Positions 16,251-25,957 of a stretch of 32,000 nt of DNA are shown here, one piece after another. The notes beneath the pieces were generated by a model. The model was not told the DNA's origin. It saw only the letters and a program-made list of their open reading frames with translations, and ran no database searches. The DNA lies in the NCBI RefSeq assembly GCF_000018785.1, contig NC_010163.1:1320001-1352000 (forward strand), read 5' to 3'. Position 1 is the first letter of the stretch, and each line of letters opens with the position of its first letter. The position numbers were made by a program, and so were the translations under genes. This DNA is from Acholeplasma laidlawii PG-8A (GTDB taxonomy: Bacteria > Bacillota_I > Bacilli_A > Acholeplasmatales > Acholeplasmataceae).

Positions 16251-18887
16251 ATGAAAAAAGAAAAAACATTTAACACAGTAAACACGACTTCTAGTTTAGA
16301 AGATAAGTTAATACAAAACGCACACATAGATAAACAATCTCTATTTAACAAATACAACACAAGTCAAAACGGGCTTTCAACTGATGAAAGTATATTAAGA
16401 TTTGAAACATACGGGAAAAATGTTATCACATCTAAACAAAAGGATTCTAAATTTAGAAGACTACTCTCATCTATTGTAAATCCATTTAACTTGATATTGA
16501 TTGCTATTGCAATTATTACTTTCTTAACAGATGTTATTTTTGTAAAGGGTAACCCTGATTTTTTAACTGTTATTATTATCTTTATACTCGTAACAGTATC
16601 TAGTTCTATTTCATTTATGCAAAGCGAGAAATCCCGTAATGCAGTTGAAGAACTCACAAATCTTGTAACAAACAATTCAAATATACTGCGAGATGGAAAA
16701 TGGATAGAAATACCTATTGAAAATATAGTACCTGGAGATATCATAAAACTAGCTGCAGGTGATATGATACCTGCAGATATTAGATTTCTAACTACAAAGG
16801 ATACCTTTGTTGCACAATCTGCACTAACAGGGGAATCACACCCTGTTGAAAAATTTAGTAACATAAGTTCAAAAGATATAGACATTATCACCGATTTAGA
16901 TAACATTGGCTTTATGGGATCTAATATATTAAGTGGCAGTGCAACTGCACTTGTCATCTCAACAGGTAATCACACCTACTTTGGATCTATGGCAAAAACA
17001 TTATCTGGTGATAATGCCACAAAGAGTTTTGAACGAGGCGTTTCTTCAATTAGTAGACTTTTAATAAGCTTAACTCTTATAATGGTACCCATGGTGTTTT
17101 TAATTAACGGAATTATTAAACAAGACTGGCTTCAATCATTAATGTTTGCTATTAGTATAGCAGTTGGATTAACACCTGAAATGTTGCCTGTTATCATGAC
17201 AACAACACTTGCTAAGGGTGCTGTTAGCATGTCAAAACATAAAGTCGTTGTGAAAAATCTTGGGACTATCCAAACATTTGGTGAAATGGACATCTTATGT
17301 ACAGACAAGACAGGAACATTAACAGAAGATAAAATCGTATTAGAAAAATATATGAATCTTCACGGTGAAGATGATGATAGAGTGCTTCGTCATGCTTTCT
17401 TAAACAGTTATTTTCAAACTGGACTTAAAAATCTAATTGACCTTGCGATTATAAACCGTGCTACAAAAAAAGATCTAAAACCATTGACTACACGCTATGA
17501 AAAAATAGATGAAATTCCATTTGATTTTTCACGAAGAAGAATGAGTGTAGTATTAATTGATAAAGATAATAAACGTCAACTTATCACCAAAGGTGCAGTT
17601 GAAGAGATGCTTGAAATTTCTAAATTTGTTGAAATCAATGGCCAAGTATTAGAATTAACTGATGCATATAAGAAATTTGCAATGGCTACATATGAAAAAT
17701 ACAACAAAGAAGGCTTAAGAATTATTGCAGTTGCACAAAAAAATGAAGTTCCAAAAGAACATATCTTTAGTGTAAAAGATGAATCTAATATGGTACTAAT
17801 TGGTTTTGTAGGGTTTTTAGATCCACCTAAAAAAAGTGCTTCTATTGCGATTAACAAACTTAGAGATCACGGAGTTAGAACAATCGTTCTAACTGGTGAT
17901 AGCGAAGGTGTTACAGCAAAAGTTTGTAAAGAAATCGGAATTAGCATTGATCATATAATTTCAGGTAATGAAGTTGATTCACTAAGTGATCAAGATTTAA
18001 AAGAAAAACTTAAAATATGTAACATATTTGCAAAATTATCACCTAATCAAAAACAAAGAATTGTGAAGTTATTACAAGAAGAGGGACATACAGTCGGATT
18101 TTTAGGTGATGGTATTAATGATGCTCCAGCACTTCACCAAGCTGATGTTGGTATTTCAGTAGATTCTGCTGTTGATATTGCAAAAGAAACTGCAGATATC
18201 GTACTACTAGAAAAAGATTTAGTAGTACTAGAAGAAGGCGTTCTTGAAGGTAGAAAAACTTTTGGTAATATTATGAAATATATCAAAATGGCTACCAGTG
18301 GAAATTTCGGTAACATGATATCTGTAATTGTTGCAAGTATATTTCTTCCATTCTTACCTATGCTACCAGTCCAACTCTTGGCACAAAACTTACTCAATGA
18401 TTTTTCACAAGTAGGTATGGCTTTTGACAACGTTGATAAGGAATATATCTATAAACCCCATAAATGGAATTCAAAAAGTGTATTAAGATTTACTTTAGTT
18501 ATGGGACCACTAAGTTCTATTTTCGATATCTTATGCTTTTCTATCCTATGGTGGGTAATCGGAACCAACACTGTACAAATGGCACCATTATTCCAAGCTG
18601 GATGGTTTGTATTTGGGACAGTCTCACAAATCTTAGTTATTTATGTAATTAGAACTCAAAAGTTATCCATTATTGAAAGTAGACCATCTAAAATATTATT
18701 TATCTCAACTTTATTTGTGGCATTAATTGCTATAGTTATAGGATTTACTGACATTGGTGTAGCAATTGATATTGACAGACTTCCTATAAGTTTTATATTA
18801 TGGTTATCTATATTATCATTAGCATATATGATAAGTGCTGAACTTGTCAAAAAGATATATCTAAGAAGGTATAACGAATGGATCTAA
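16251..18887 (+). CDS. mgtA: Magnesium-translocating P-type ATPase (MgtA/MgtB family)
   Basis: DILCTDKTGTLTEDK phosphorylation motif, SALTGESHPVEK, TGDSEGVTAKVC, LGDGINDAPALHQADVGISVD, and overall MgtA-like layout. Confidence 0.95.
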   Translation: MKKEKTFNTVNTTSSLEDKLIQNAHIDKQSLFNKYNTSQNGLSTDESILRFETYGKNVITSKQKDSKFRRLLSSIVNPFNLILIAIAIITFLTDVIFVKGNPDFLTVIIIFILVTVSSSISFMQSEKSRNAVEELTNLVTNNSNILRDGKWIEIPIENIVPGDIIKLAAGDMIPADIRFLTTKDTFVAQSALTGESHPVEKFSNISSKDIDIITDLDNIGFMGSNILSGSATALVISTGNHTYFGSMAKTLSGDNATKSFERGVSSISRLLISLTLIMVPMVFLINGIIKQDWLQSLMFAISIAVGLTPEMLPVIMTTTLAKGAVSMSKHKVVVKNLGTIQTFGEMDILCTDKTGTLTEDKIVLEKYMNLHGEDDDRVLRHAFLNSYFQTGLKNLIDLAIINRATKKDLKPLTTRYEKIDEIPFDFSRRRMSVVLIDKDNKRQLITKGAVEEMLEISKFVEINGQVLELTDAYKKFAMATYEKYNKEGLRIIAVAQKNEVPKEHIFSVKDESNMVLIGFVGFLDPPKKSASIAINKLRDHGVRTIVLTGDSEGVTAKVCKEIGISIDHIISGNEVDSLSDQDLKEKLKICNIFAKLSPNQKQRIVKLLQEEGHTVGFLGDGINDAPALHQADVGISVDSAVDIAKETADIVLLEKDLVVLEEGVLEGRKTFGNIMKYIKMATSGNFGNMISVIVASIFLPFLPMLPVQLLAQNLLNDFSQVGMAFDNVDKEYIYKPHKWNSKSVLRFTLVMGPLSSIFDILCFSILWWVIGTNTVQMAPLFQAGWFVFGTVSQILVIYVIRTQKLSIIESRPSKILFISTLFVALIAIVIGFTDIGVAIDIDRLPISFILWLSILSLAYMISAELVKKIYLRRYNEWI

Positions 18888-18930
18888 GAGTTAATAAGAT
18901 TTGAATTAAATTTTACTTTTCATCAACAAT

Positions 18931-18973
18931 AAATACTGTGACTTATGAAGTATTAAAGTCACAGTATTTTTTT
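18931..18973 (+). terminator. Intrinsic terminator downstream of mgtA
   Basis: AAATACTGTGACTT...AAGTCACAGTATTTTTTT, 14-bp perfect stem. Confidence 0.9.
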
Positions 18974-19099
18974 ATACCCCTTGAAAAGTGTAATTATTTA
19001 TATAATTTGAATAAATCTTTCATATTTATTCATATTTTCTATAGATGTTGTAAAATAACAATGAAAACGTATACACTTATGAATAAGGATGATGATTTA

Positions 19100-21043
19100 A
19101 TGAAAAAAATACTATTAATGTTACTCACCACTTTAATTTCTATATATTTGGTAGCTTGTATACCAAAAGCACAAGCCTTTGACGTCTTATTTGACGTAAA
19201 TGGAGGCTTTTGGCATAAAGATGAACTTGCTACCACACGCCCAGATGCAACTGTCACAATCAGGGATTTTGATAACTATTTAGGGGATAATACAAACTTT
19301 ACTCTGTTTTCTCCTACTGATATAGGTTTAAGATGGCATTATAAAATATTTATACAATATAATGCTGATTTAGAAACCTATGTAGTTGTTTATAGCGATC
19401 CTTATACTGCTTCTGTTGATCGCCTAGATTTACCAGATTATGACTACATCATCGGAGTGCATTACCATAATTCTGTTATCGAATCTGACCCAGTATTTAT
19501 AAATCTATTTACAGATGGTGTGGGAACTCCACTCATCTTTAATAAAGATATTACAGTACCTCAAGAAAGTGTTGAGTTTAAAGTATATCCTAAAAATCCG
19601 GATGCTAGTAGTTTTAAATTACTATCAGATGAGATTAATGAACTACCAACCCCTGTAAGACCTGATTTTGATTTTAAAGGTTGGTATGTCGAAGATAACC
19701 TTATTACAAAAGCTAAAGATATTAAATTAAAGTCAGGTGATACCATGACAACACTTACTGCACACTGGGAAAGTTACTCCCTTGAATCCTTAGAAGCTTT
19801 ACTTGATAATCTAATTCCTGATCATGTAACAGATAGTTTAGCACTACCAGTTACATATAGTGGTTATACTTTAACTTGGGAAACTTCACATCCATTAGTA
19901 ATTAGCACGACTGGTAAATTCCATGCAGCCTATGAACCTACTACTGTCACATTAACTGCACATATTACATCATTAGACAATACAACAGTCATTCGTACCT
20001 TTAATGTCACAGTACCTAACAAGAAACCTTTAACACTTCCAATAGCATCTAGCTATATTTGGAGAAACTACGCACTTGTAGATGAGCGTTTCTTCCAAAC
20101 ACTTGATATCATTAATACCGCATTTATAACAGCAGATGCAAATGGTAACTTCTCTGGCACTGCTCAATTAAGTGATATTGAAACTTATATACTACCTAAA
20201 TCAAAAATTTATAACAACTGGGTTGTCTTTTCTGTAGCACCAGAATCTAGATGGTCTGAAATTGCTATGAGTGCTACAAAAATAGAAAACTTTGCTAATA
20301 ACATCGTAGACATCATCAATACCTATGGTTTTGATGGTGTAGATATTGACTGGGAAACACCAAGATCTGGTGAAGAAGTTAGATATTCCAATATGATGAA
20401 AGTGATTTATGAAAAGGTTAAAGCCAATAACCCAAATCACTTAGTAACTACTGCAATTACTGGTGGTCGCTGGCAACCACCAATGTATAACTTAACTGTC
20501 TCAAATCAGTATCTAGATTTCATTAACGTCATGACCTATTCAATGTCAAGTTCAGGTGGCAGTTATCAAAATGCACTACACCCAAGAAGCGGTGTACATA
20601 ATACAGAATTTAATGCAGGTCGTACACCTGCAACTGCAACAATTTCAGAATCAGTACCAATATTTAATGGTTATGGTGTGCCAAACTCTAAATTAATCTT
20701 TGGCTTAGCTTTTTATGGTGTACGTCAACAAAGAACATATAATACTTCAACAAATACTTGGTCAAATTGGACTGCAACATCCCCAAGTGTCTTCTTCCCT
20801 GAAATTCAATCAAGCTATTTAAACAATCCTGACTACTTATACTTCTTTGATAATGAAGCAGGTGTACCTTACCTTGTTAAAAAAGATGGCACCATCTTTA
20901 TTAGCTATGATAATGAACGTTCAATCAGACTCAAATCAGAGTATGTGATTGAACATGGTTTAGGTGGTTTAATGTTTTGGGAATATGGTGCAGACACCTC
21001 TGGAACACTACTTCAACAAATGCGTACTAGCCTAAATAAATAA
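19100..21043 (+). CDS. Secreted/lipoprotein glycoside hydrolase family 18 (chitinase-like) with InlB B-repeat-like and Ig-like segments
   Basis: MKKILLMLLTTLISIYLVAC lipobox-like signal peptide. GH18 motif FDGVDIDWE, INVMTYSM and GLMFWEYG. The true start is probably 19100, not 18938, which lies inside the mgtA terminator. Confidence 0.88.
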   Translation: MKKILLMLLTTLISIYLVACIPKAQAFDVLFDVNGGFWHKDELATTRPDATVTIRDFDNYLGDNTNFTLFSPTDIGLRWHYKIFIQYNADLETYVVVYSDPYTASVDRLDLPDYDYIIGVHYHNSVIESDPVFINLFTDGVGTPLIFNKDITVPQESVEFKVYPKNPDASSFKLLSDEINELPTPVRPDFDFKGWYVEDNLITKAKDIKLKSGDTMTTLTAHWESYSLESLEALLDNLIPDHVTDSLALPVTYSGYTLTWETSHPLVISTTGKFHAAYEPTTVTLTAHITSLDNTTVIRTFNVTVPNKKPLTLPIASSYIWRNYALVDERFFQTLDIINTAFITADANGNFSGTAQLSDIETYILPKSKIYNNWVVFSVAPESRWSEIAMSATKIENFANNIVDIINTYGFDGVDIDWETPRSGEEVRYSNMMKVIYEKVKANNPNHLVTTAITGGRWQPPMYNLTVSNQYLDFINVMTYSMSSSGGSYQNALHPRSGVHNTEFNAGRTPATATISESVPIFNGYGVPNSKLIFGLAFYGVRQQRTYNTSTNTWSNWTATSPSVFFPEIQSSYLNNPDYLYFFDNEAGVPYLVKKDGTIFISYDNERSIRLKSEYVIEHGLGGLMFWEYGADTSGTLLQQMRTSLNK

Positions 21044-21053
21044 GAAATAATCC

Positions 21054-21085
21054 ATCCCTTTTTCCCTATATGAAAAAGGGATTTT
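21054..21085 (+). terminator. Intrinsic terminator after the GH18 gene
   Basis: ATCCCTTTTT...AAAAAGGGATTTT. Confidence 0.75.
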
Positions 21086-21159
21086 CTTACGTCATTTTTA
21101 CACAAAAATTTATTATTGTAAAAAATGAATTATATGTGTATACATTTCTAAAAAAAGAT

Positions 21160-21165
21160 ATATAA
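21160..21165 (+). promoter_or_regulatory. Candidate -10 box of the pot operon
   Basis: TATAAT, ~50 bp upstream of potA; no strong -35. Confidence 0.35.
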
Positions 21166-21213
21166 TAATTAATCGAATCAAATATTAAAAATAAAAAATG
21201 GAGGACTCCTGAT

Positions 21214-22335
21214 TTGAATCATAACGTGCTCATAGAGTTATCACACGTTGAAAAGAAATTTGAAGACGATCTCATCGTTAATGACTTAAGTCTTAAAATA
21301 TATGAAAATGAGTTTGTTACACTACTTGGCCCATCTGGCTGTGGTAAAACAACAACACTTCGTATGATTGGCGGATTTGAAAAACCTGATAAGGGGCATA
21401 TAATAATAAATGGTAAAATATTTAATGATTTACCACCTTATGCCAGACCAATAAATACTGTATTCCAAAAATATGCATTGTTTCCACATTTAAATGTGTT
21501 TGATAACGTTGCTTTTGGATTAAAAAATAGGAACACAAAATATTTGTTGAAGTTCTTTAACATCGATTCATCCTTGTCAAAAAAAGAACAATCAAACTTG
21601 ATTCAAACAGGCATCGAAAAAGCAGTCAAAGAAGCTCTAGCTTTAGTTAAGTTAGGCGGCTTTGAAAATAGAAAAATCACTCAAATGAGTGGTGGACAAC
21701 AACAACGTGTTGCACTTGCTAGAGCACTTGTCAACAAACCTCAAATTCTTCTACTTGATGAACCACTTGCAGCACTTGACTTAAAACTACGTCAAAACAT
21801 GCAATATGAACTTAAAGAGATGCAAAGAAAATTAGGTATTACCTTTATCTTTGTAACCCATGACCAAGAAGAAGCTATGACAATGAGCGATAGAATTGTT
21901 GTCATGAAAGATGGCGTCATCCAACAACTTGACACCCCTAAACAAATTTATAATGAGCCGGTAAATCGCTATGTAGCTACTTTTATTGGTGAATCAAACA
22001 TCATTGATGGTGTATATAAGTCAAATAAAACAGTTACATTCTTAGGTGTAGATTTTGAGTGTGGACCTTATCCATTTAAAGATAACGAAAAAGTTGATGT
22101 CGTCATTAGACCTGAAGACTTTGACGTTGTAAGTTTAGATCAAGCTAAACTTACAGGTACTGTTGTATCTTCTATCTTTAAAGGTGTGCATAATGAATTA
22201 GACGTTATGGTAGGAGATTATAAGTTAATGGTAAACACCTACGAGACATATCAAGCAGGTGATACCATTGGATTAAAAATAGATCCTTATGAAATCCACT
22301 TAATGCCGGTATCAAATAATGAAGAAACCATTTAG
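21214..22335 (+). CDS. potA: Spermidine/putrescine ABC transporter ATP-binding protein
   Basis: Walker A GPSGCGKTTTLR, signature MSGGQQQRVALARAL, LLLDEPLAALD and a C-terminal TOBE-like domain. TTG start after GGAGG. Confidence 0.93.
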   Translation: MNHNVLIELSHVEKKFEDDLIVNDLSLKIYENEFVTLLGPSGCGKTTTLRMIGGFEKPDKGHIIINGKIFNDLPPYARPINTVFQKYALFPHLNVFDNVAFGLKNRNTKYLLKFFNIDSSLSKKEQSNLIQTGIEKAVKEALALVKLGGFENRKITQMSGGQQQRVALARALVNKPQILLLDEPLAALDLKLRQNMQYELKEMQRKLGITFIFVTHDQEEAMTMSDRIVVMKDGVIQQLDTPKQIYNEPVNRYVATFIGESNIIDGVYKSNKTVTFLGVDFECGPYPFKDNEKVDVVIRPEDFDVVSLDQAKLTGTVVSSIFKGVHNELDVMVGDYKLMVNTYETYQAGDTIGLKIDPYEIHLMPVSNNEETI

Positions 22336-23158
22336 TCGACTATCCACACCATATATTGTATGGTTATTTATATTAGCACTTATCCCGATTGTTGTGATGT
22401 TATTTTTATCTGTTACAACAACTCAAGGTTTAAGTTTAGATGGTCTAACATTTAATTCATCCTTTTACCAAGCATTCTTTGAAAGATCTATTACTACTGC
22501 ATTCTTTAACTCAATCTATTATGCAATACTTACAACAGTTATTTCTCTACTATTAGGTTATTTAGTTGCATATACTGTATTTAGATCTAAGTTTAAAAAC
22601 AAGTTCTTAGTACTTGCAATCTTTATCTTACCAATGTGGTCTAACCTTCTACTTAGAACAGAATCTCTTGGTAACTTAATGAATGAAAACAACTTGATTA
22701 CAGATATCTTATCTAAACTATTAAATACTAATGTAAGTTTTCCAGTGATCAAAGGTAGTGGCTTAGCTGTCGTGATTGGTTTAGTCTTAACTTATCTACC
22801 ATTTATGATCTTACCAATTTACACAGCTTTAGAAAAAATTGATTATAGTTTAGAAGAAGCTGCACTAGACTTAGGTCTTACTGACCTACAAAAGTTTATG
22901 AAAGTTGTACTTCCACTTTCATTAAAAGGTGTTGCTACTGGTTCTATTCTAGTATTCTTACCTGCAATGAGTGGCTTTGCTATTCCAGAAATATTAGGTT
23001 CTGGTAATATCTTATTAATTGGTAACATTATTGAACAATCCTTTAGATATATGGACTACAACTTAGGTTCCCTATTATCTATTATGGTCTTACTCATTAT
23101 CTTCTTAGGTATCTTTGTCGTAGCTAAGGTTGATAAGGAAGGAGAGATGCTTCTATGA
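22319..23158 (+). CDS. potB: Spermidine/putrescine ABC transporter permease
   Basis: Multi-TM permease with the EEAALDLGLTDLQKFMKVVLPLSLKG EAA loop, second in a pot operon. Confidence 0.93.
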   Translation: MKKPFSRLSTPYIVWLFILALIPIVVMLFLSVTTTQGLSLDGLTFNSSFYQAFFERSITTAFFNSIYYAILTTVISLLLGYLVAYTVFRSKFKNKFLVLAIFILPMWSNLLLRTESLGNLMNENNLITDILSKLLNTNVSFPVIKGSGLAVVIGLVLTYLPFMILPIYTALEKIDYSLEEAALDLGLTDLQKFMKVVLPLSLKGVATGSILVFLPAMSGFAIPEILGSGNILLIGNIIEQSFRYMDYNLGSLLSIMVLLIIFLGIFVVAKVDKEGEMLL

Positions 23159-24018
23159 CGCACTATCCAAAAGCAACCCTTGAATCCTACGGATACAAGG
23201 ATTATAAGAAAACTAAAAAGTTTTTTACAGTTTTAAGAAAAGTATTTGTTGTAGTGATTGTTGTATCTTTATATATACCCATTTTAATGTTACTACTTCA
23301 ATCTGTAAACAGTAGCCCAAACATCAATGAATTTGGTCACTTCACATTAGACTGGTATACAAATATGTTTGATGTAAGAAGTTTAAAGAATGCAATTATT
23401 AATACCTTATTAACCAGTGTGATATCCACACTGCTTGCAACAGTGATTGCAACCTTTATGGCAGTAGGTATTTATGCACTACCTAAACAAATACGTCAAC
23501 GTGTTATGTTATTAAATAACATTCCAATATTAAATGCGGATATTGTTACAGGTATATCACTGATGCTTATCTTCTCACTATTATTACCACTATTTCCTTA
23601 TATTTTTGGTCCAGTAACACTCATCATGGCCCATTTATTCTTCACGATTCCTTATGTCGTATTAAGTATCTTACCAAAGCTAAAAGAAATGGATACTAAC
23701 CTTATGGATGCTGCACTAGATTTAGGGATTAAACCTTACAAAGCATTAATTAAAGTGATCGTACCAGCAATTAGTGCCGGAATATTTTCAGGTATGTTAC
23801 TTGCTCTTACTATGAGTATTGATGACTTTGTTATTAGTTACTATACAACCGGCAATGGCTTTGATAACCTATCTATTTGGATTTACGGTAGTATCGGACG
23901 TAAGAGCTTAACACCTTCTGTATATGCCTTTTCTACATTGCTTACATTAATGACTTTATTAAGTCTTACACTCTATCAAGTGTTTATTAAAAAAGATAAA
24001 AAAGGTAAAATAAAATGA
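23155..24018 (+). CDS. potC: Spermidine/putrescine ABC transporter permease
   Basis: Multi-TM permease with the MDAALDLGIKPYKALIKVIVPAISAG EAA loop. ATGA overlap with potB. Confidence 0.93.
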   Translation: MTHYPKATLESYGYKDYKKTKKFFTVLRKVFVVVIVVSLYIPILMLLLQSVNSSPNINEFGHFTLDWYTNMFDVRSLKNAIINTLLTSVISTLLATVIATFMAVGIYALPKQIRQRVMLLNNIPILNADIVTGISLMLIFSLLLPLFPYIFGPVTLIMAHLFFTIPYVVLSILPKLKEMDTNLMDAALDLGIKPYKALIKVIVPAISAGIFSGMLLALTMSIDDFVISYYTTGNGFDNLSIWIYGSIGRKSLTPSVYAFSTLLTLMTLLSLTLYQVFIKKDKKGKIK

Positions 24019-25154
24019 AAAAGTTATATATATTACTTGCATCAGTACTTACCATTTTTATTCTAAATGGTTGTACGATAAACAATAAATTATTAATCCT
24101 TAACTGGGGTGAATATATCAACGATGATCTTGTCTTATTATTTGAAGAGACATATGGTGTTGAAGTATCCATCTCAATTGCAGATAGTAACGAACTATTC
24201 TATTCTAAAATCAAATCTGGTACAACAGCATATGACTTAGTACTACCAGGAGATTACATGGTAGAAAAATTAATCAAAGAAGATTTGATTCAACAAATCC
24301 AATTTGATAAACTCTCTAACTATGACCCAGTAAATAACCCTTATATGCATGGTCTACAAAGTCTAATGGCTACCATGTCTGAAGGTAGTGAAAATTATTT
24401 TGTACCATACTTTTGGGGGACATTTGGACTTATGTATAACAACCGAGTTCCCGGCTTAAAAGAAGCCTTAGAAACACATGGTTGGAATGCTTACTTCGAA
24501 CCCAATTTAAGACCTACAAAACGTGTTGGTATGTATGATGTTGCACAATATGCTTATGCATCCAGTTTACTATACTTAGGACTAGATCCAAACGCACTAC
24601 CTGATACAACACCAGATGGTTTTAGTAAAACACACTTAGAACTATCTAGACAAGCACTCAATCAAGCAGAGTTTACTGTATTTGCTGATGATGCGTTAAA
24701 AAAGGATATACAAGCTAACAACTTAGACTTAGCATTTGTTTGGACAGGAGACTTCCTTGATATGCTTTATGTGGATTTAGATGAAGGTCTAGATTATGAC
24801 CAAAAAACATATGACATTTACATACCTGACCAAACGATGGCTTTTGTAGATTCATTTGTTATTCCTAAAAAATCAAGACACGTAGATTTAGCTCATGAGT
24901 TCATCAACTTCTTCTTAAATCCTGACAATGCCTATGAAAATGCTAGTGTTGTAGGGTACTCCACACCGCTTGCGAATGTATATGATCGTATTGCAAACTA
25001 TACAGGTGATGATGTTTGGTTAACCAATTGGTCTAGAGCTTATAGTGATTACTACCCAAATACAGAAAACTTTAAAGGTATTCCTTATGCAAGTTTTAAT
25101 CAAACGATTATGGCTCAACTACTCTTAATGTTTAACGACGTTAAAACAAATTAA
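24015..25154 (+). CDS. potD: Spermidine/putrescine-binding lipoprotein
   Basis: Lipobox ILNGC; LLILNWGEYINDDLVLLFEETYGVEVSI; YDLVLPGDYMVEKL. ATGA overlap with potC. Confidence 0.93.
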   Translation: MKKLYILLASVLTIFILNGCTINNKLLILNWGEYINDDLVLLFEETYGVEVSISIADSNELFYSKIKSGTTAYDLVLPGDYMVEKLIKEDLIQQIQFDKLSNYDPVNNPYMHGLQSLMATMSEGSENYFVPYFWGTFGLMYNNRVPGLKEALETHGWNAYFEPNLRPTKRVGMYDVAQYAYASSLLYLGLDPNALPDTTPDGFSKTHLELSRQALNQAEFTVFADDALKKDIQANNLDLAFVWTGDFLDMLYVDLDEGLDYDQKTYDIYIPDQTMAFVDSFVIPKKSRHVDLAHEFINFFLNPDNAYENASVVGYSTPLANVYDRIANYTGDDVWLTNWSRAYSDYYPNTENFKGIPYASFNQTIMAQLLLMFNDVKTN

Positions 25155-25158
25155 AAAT

Positions 25159-25196
25159 AATACCAGTCACTTCAAAATGACTGGTATTTTTATTTA
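25159..25196 (+). terminator. Intrinsic terminator after potD
   Basis: AATACCAGTCActtcaaaaTGACTGGTATTTTTATTT. Confidence 0.88.
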
Positions 25197-25580
25197 TGTT
25201 GTAAGATTTGATTTTCTCCAATAAGTTTTATATCCGGCTTTATCCTTCATATTAAACTCAATAATTCTCTTAATTAAGTCAAGATCAATTATTTGATGCC
25301 ATTTGATTTTAAAAATAAAGTTTGTGGATAAATACTTTCTGTCTTTAATTTCTTTTTTAAACTCATCAATTGCTTTATATTCAGGGGCTACTGACAGATG
25401 CGCTTTAGCATGTGTAAAAGCAATAATAAATGTACCCTCATGAACAAAATGTGGTTGATTCCACGCTATTTTTGTATCTAGCATTGGGAAGGTAGCAATT
25501 ACCCAGTCTAGTAGATTTCTCATGATGGTTCGGTTTGAGTCATCTTTAATTGATTTTAAATATTCTTCAAATACATGCAT
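25194..25580 (-). CDS. DUF1801 / iron-chaperone-like protein
   Basis: IAWNQPHFVHEGTFIIAFTHAKAHLSVAPE is typical of the YdhG/DUF1801 family. Confidence 0.8.
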   Translation of the reverse strand: MHVFEEYLKSIKDDSNRTIMRNLLDWVIATFPMLDTKIAWNQPHFVHEGTFIIAFTHAKAHLSVAPEYKAIDEFKKEIKDRKYLSTNFIFKIKWHQIIDLDLIKRIIEFNMKDKAGYKTYWRKSNLTT

Positions 25581-25660
25581 CTAAAATACCCCTAACATAA
25601 ATAAAATTTATTCATATTATACGTATATGTCAAAAATTATGCAAGAAATTAACCTTATAT

Positions 25661-25697
25661 ATAAAAGTAAGTTTGGATTTCCCAAACTTACTTTTAT
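25661..25697 (-). terminator. Strong hairpin at the end of the nrd operon, touching the nrdH stop codon
   Basis: ATAAAAGTAAGTTTGG-atttc-CCAAACTTACTTTTAT, 16-bp perfect stem. Confidence 0.8.
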
Positions 25698-25957
25698 TAT
25701 TTTTTACCTACGTGTTTTTCTAAGAATGTCAGTACAGGTGATGGTTGTGTTCGCGTTAGAGCCTCACCATTTGCTATCATTGCTGGTAATGTAAGAATAC
25801 CATACTCAGCTGTCAGTCTATCAAACATTTCTTGGTTGTCTTCTTTGTTCACAATTGTGATATCTGGTTCATATTTGTTGTTTAAACCAAACTTTAGAAA
25901 CATCTTTAATTGTGCACATTGTGTACAATCGTTTTTTGTTAATAAGTAAACACTCAT
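25697..25957 (-). CDS. nrdH: Glutaredoxin-like / NrdH-redoxin-like protein
   Basis: CTQC redox motif (YLLTKNDCTQCAQLKMFL), TLPAMI, adjacent to nrdF. Confidence 0.8.
   Translation of the reverse strand: MSVYLLTKNDCTQCAQLKMFLKFGLNNKYEPDITIVNKEDNQEMFDRLTAEYGILTLPAMIANGEALTRTQPSPVLTFLEKHVGKK

Noticed and set aside
16364-16957. 197-aa minus-strand ORF.
   Set aside because: Wholly antisense to the clearly coding mgtA, with no recognisable domain or RBS; same reasoning for 17576-17857, 18134-18430 and 18656-18850.
18938-19099. N-terminal extension of the GH18 ORF (MTYEVLKSQYFFIPLEK...).
   Set aside because: It begins inside the mgtA terminator hairpin. A signal peptide with lipobox starts cleanly at 19100.
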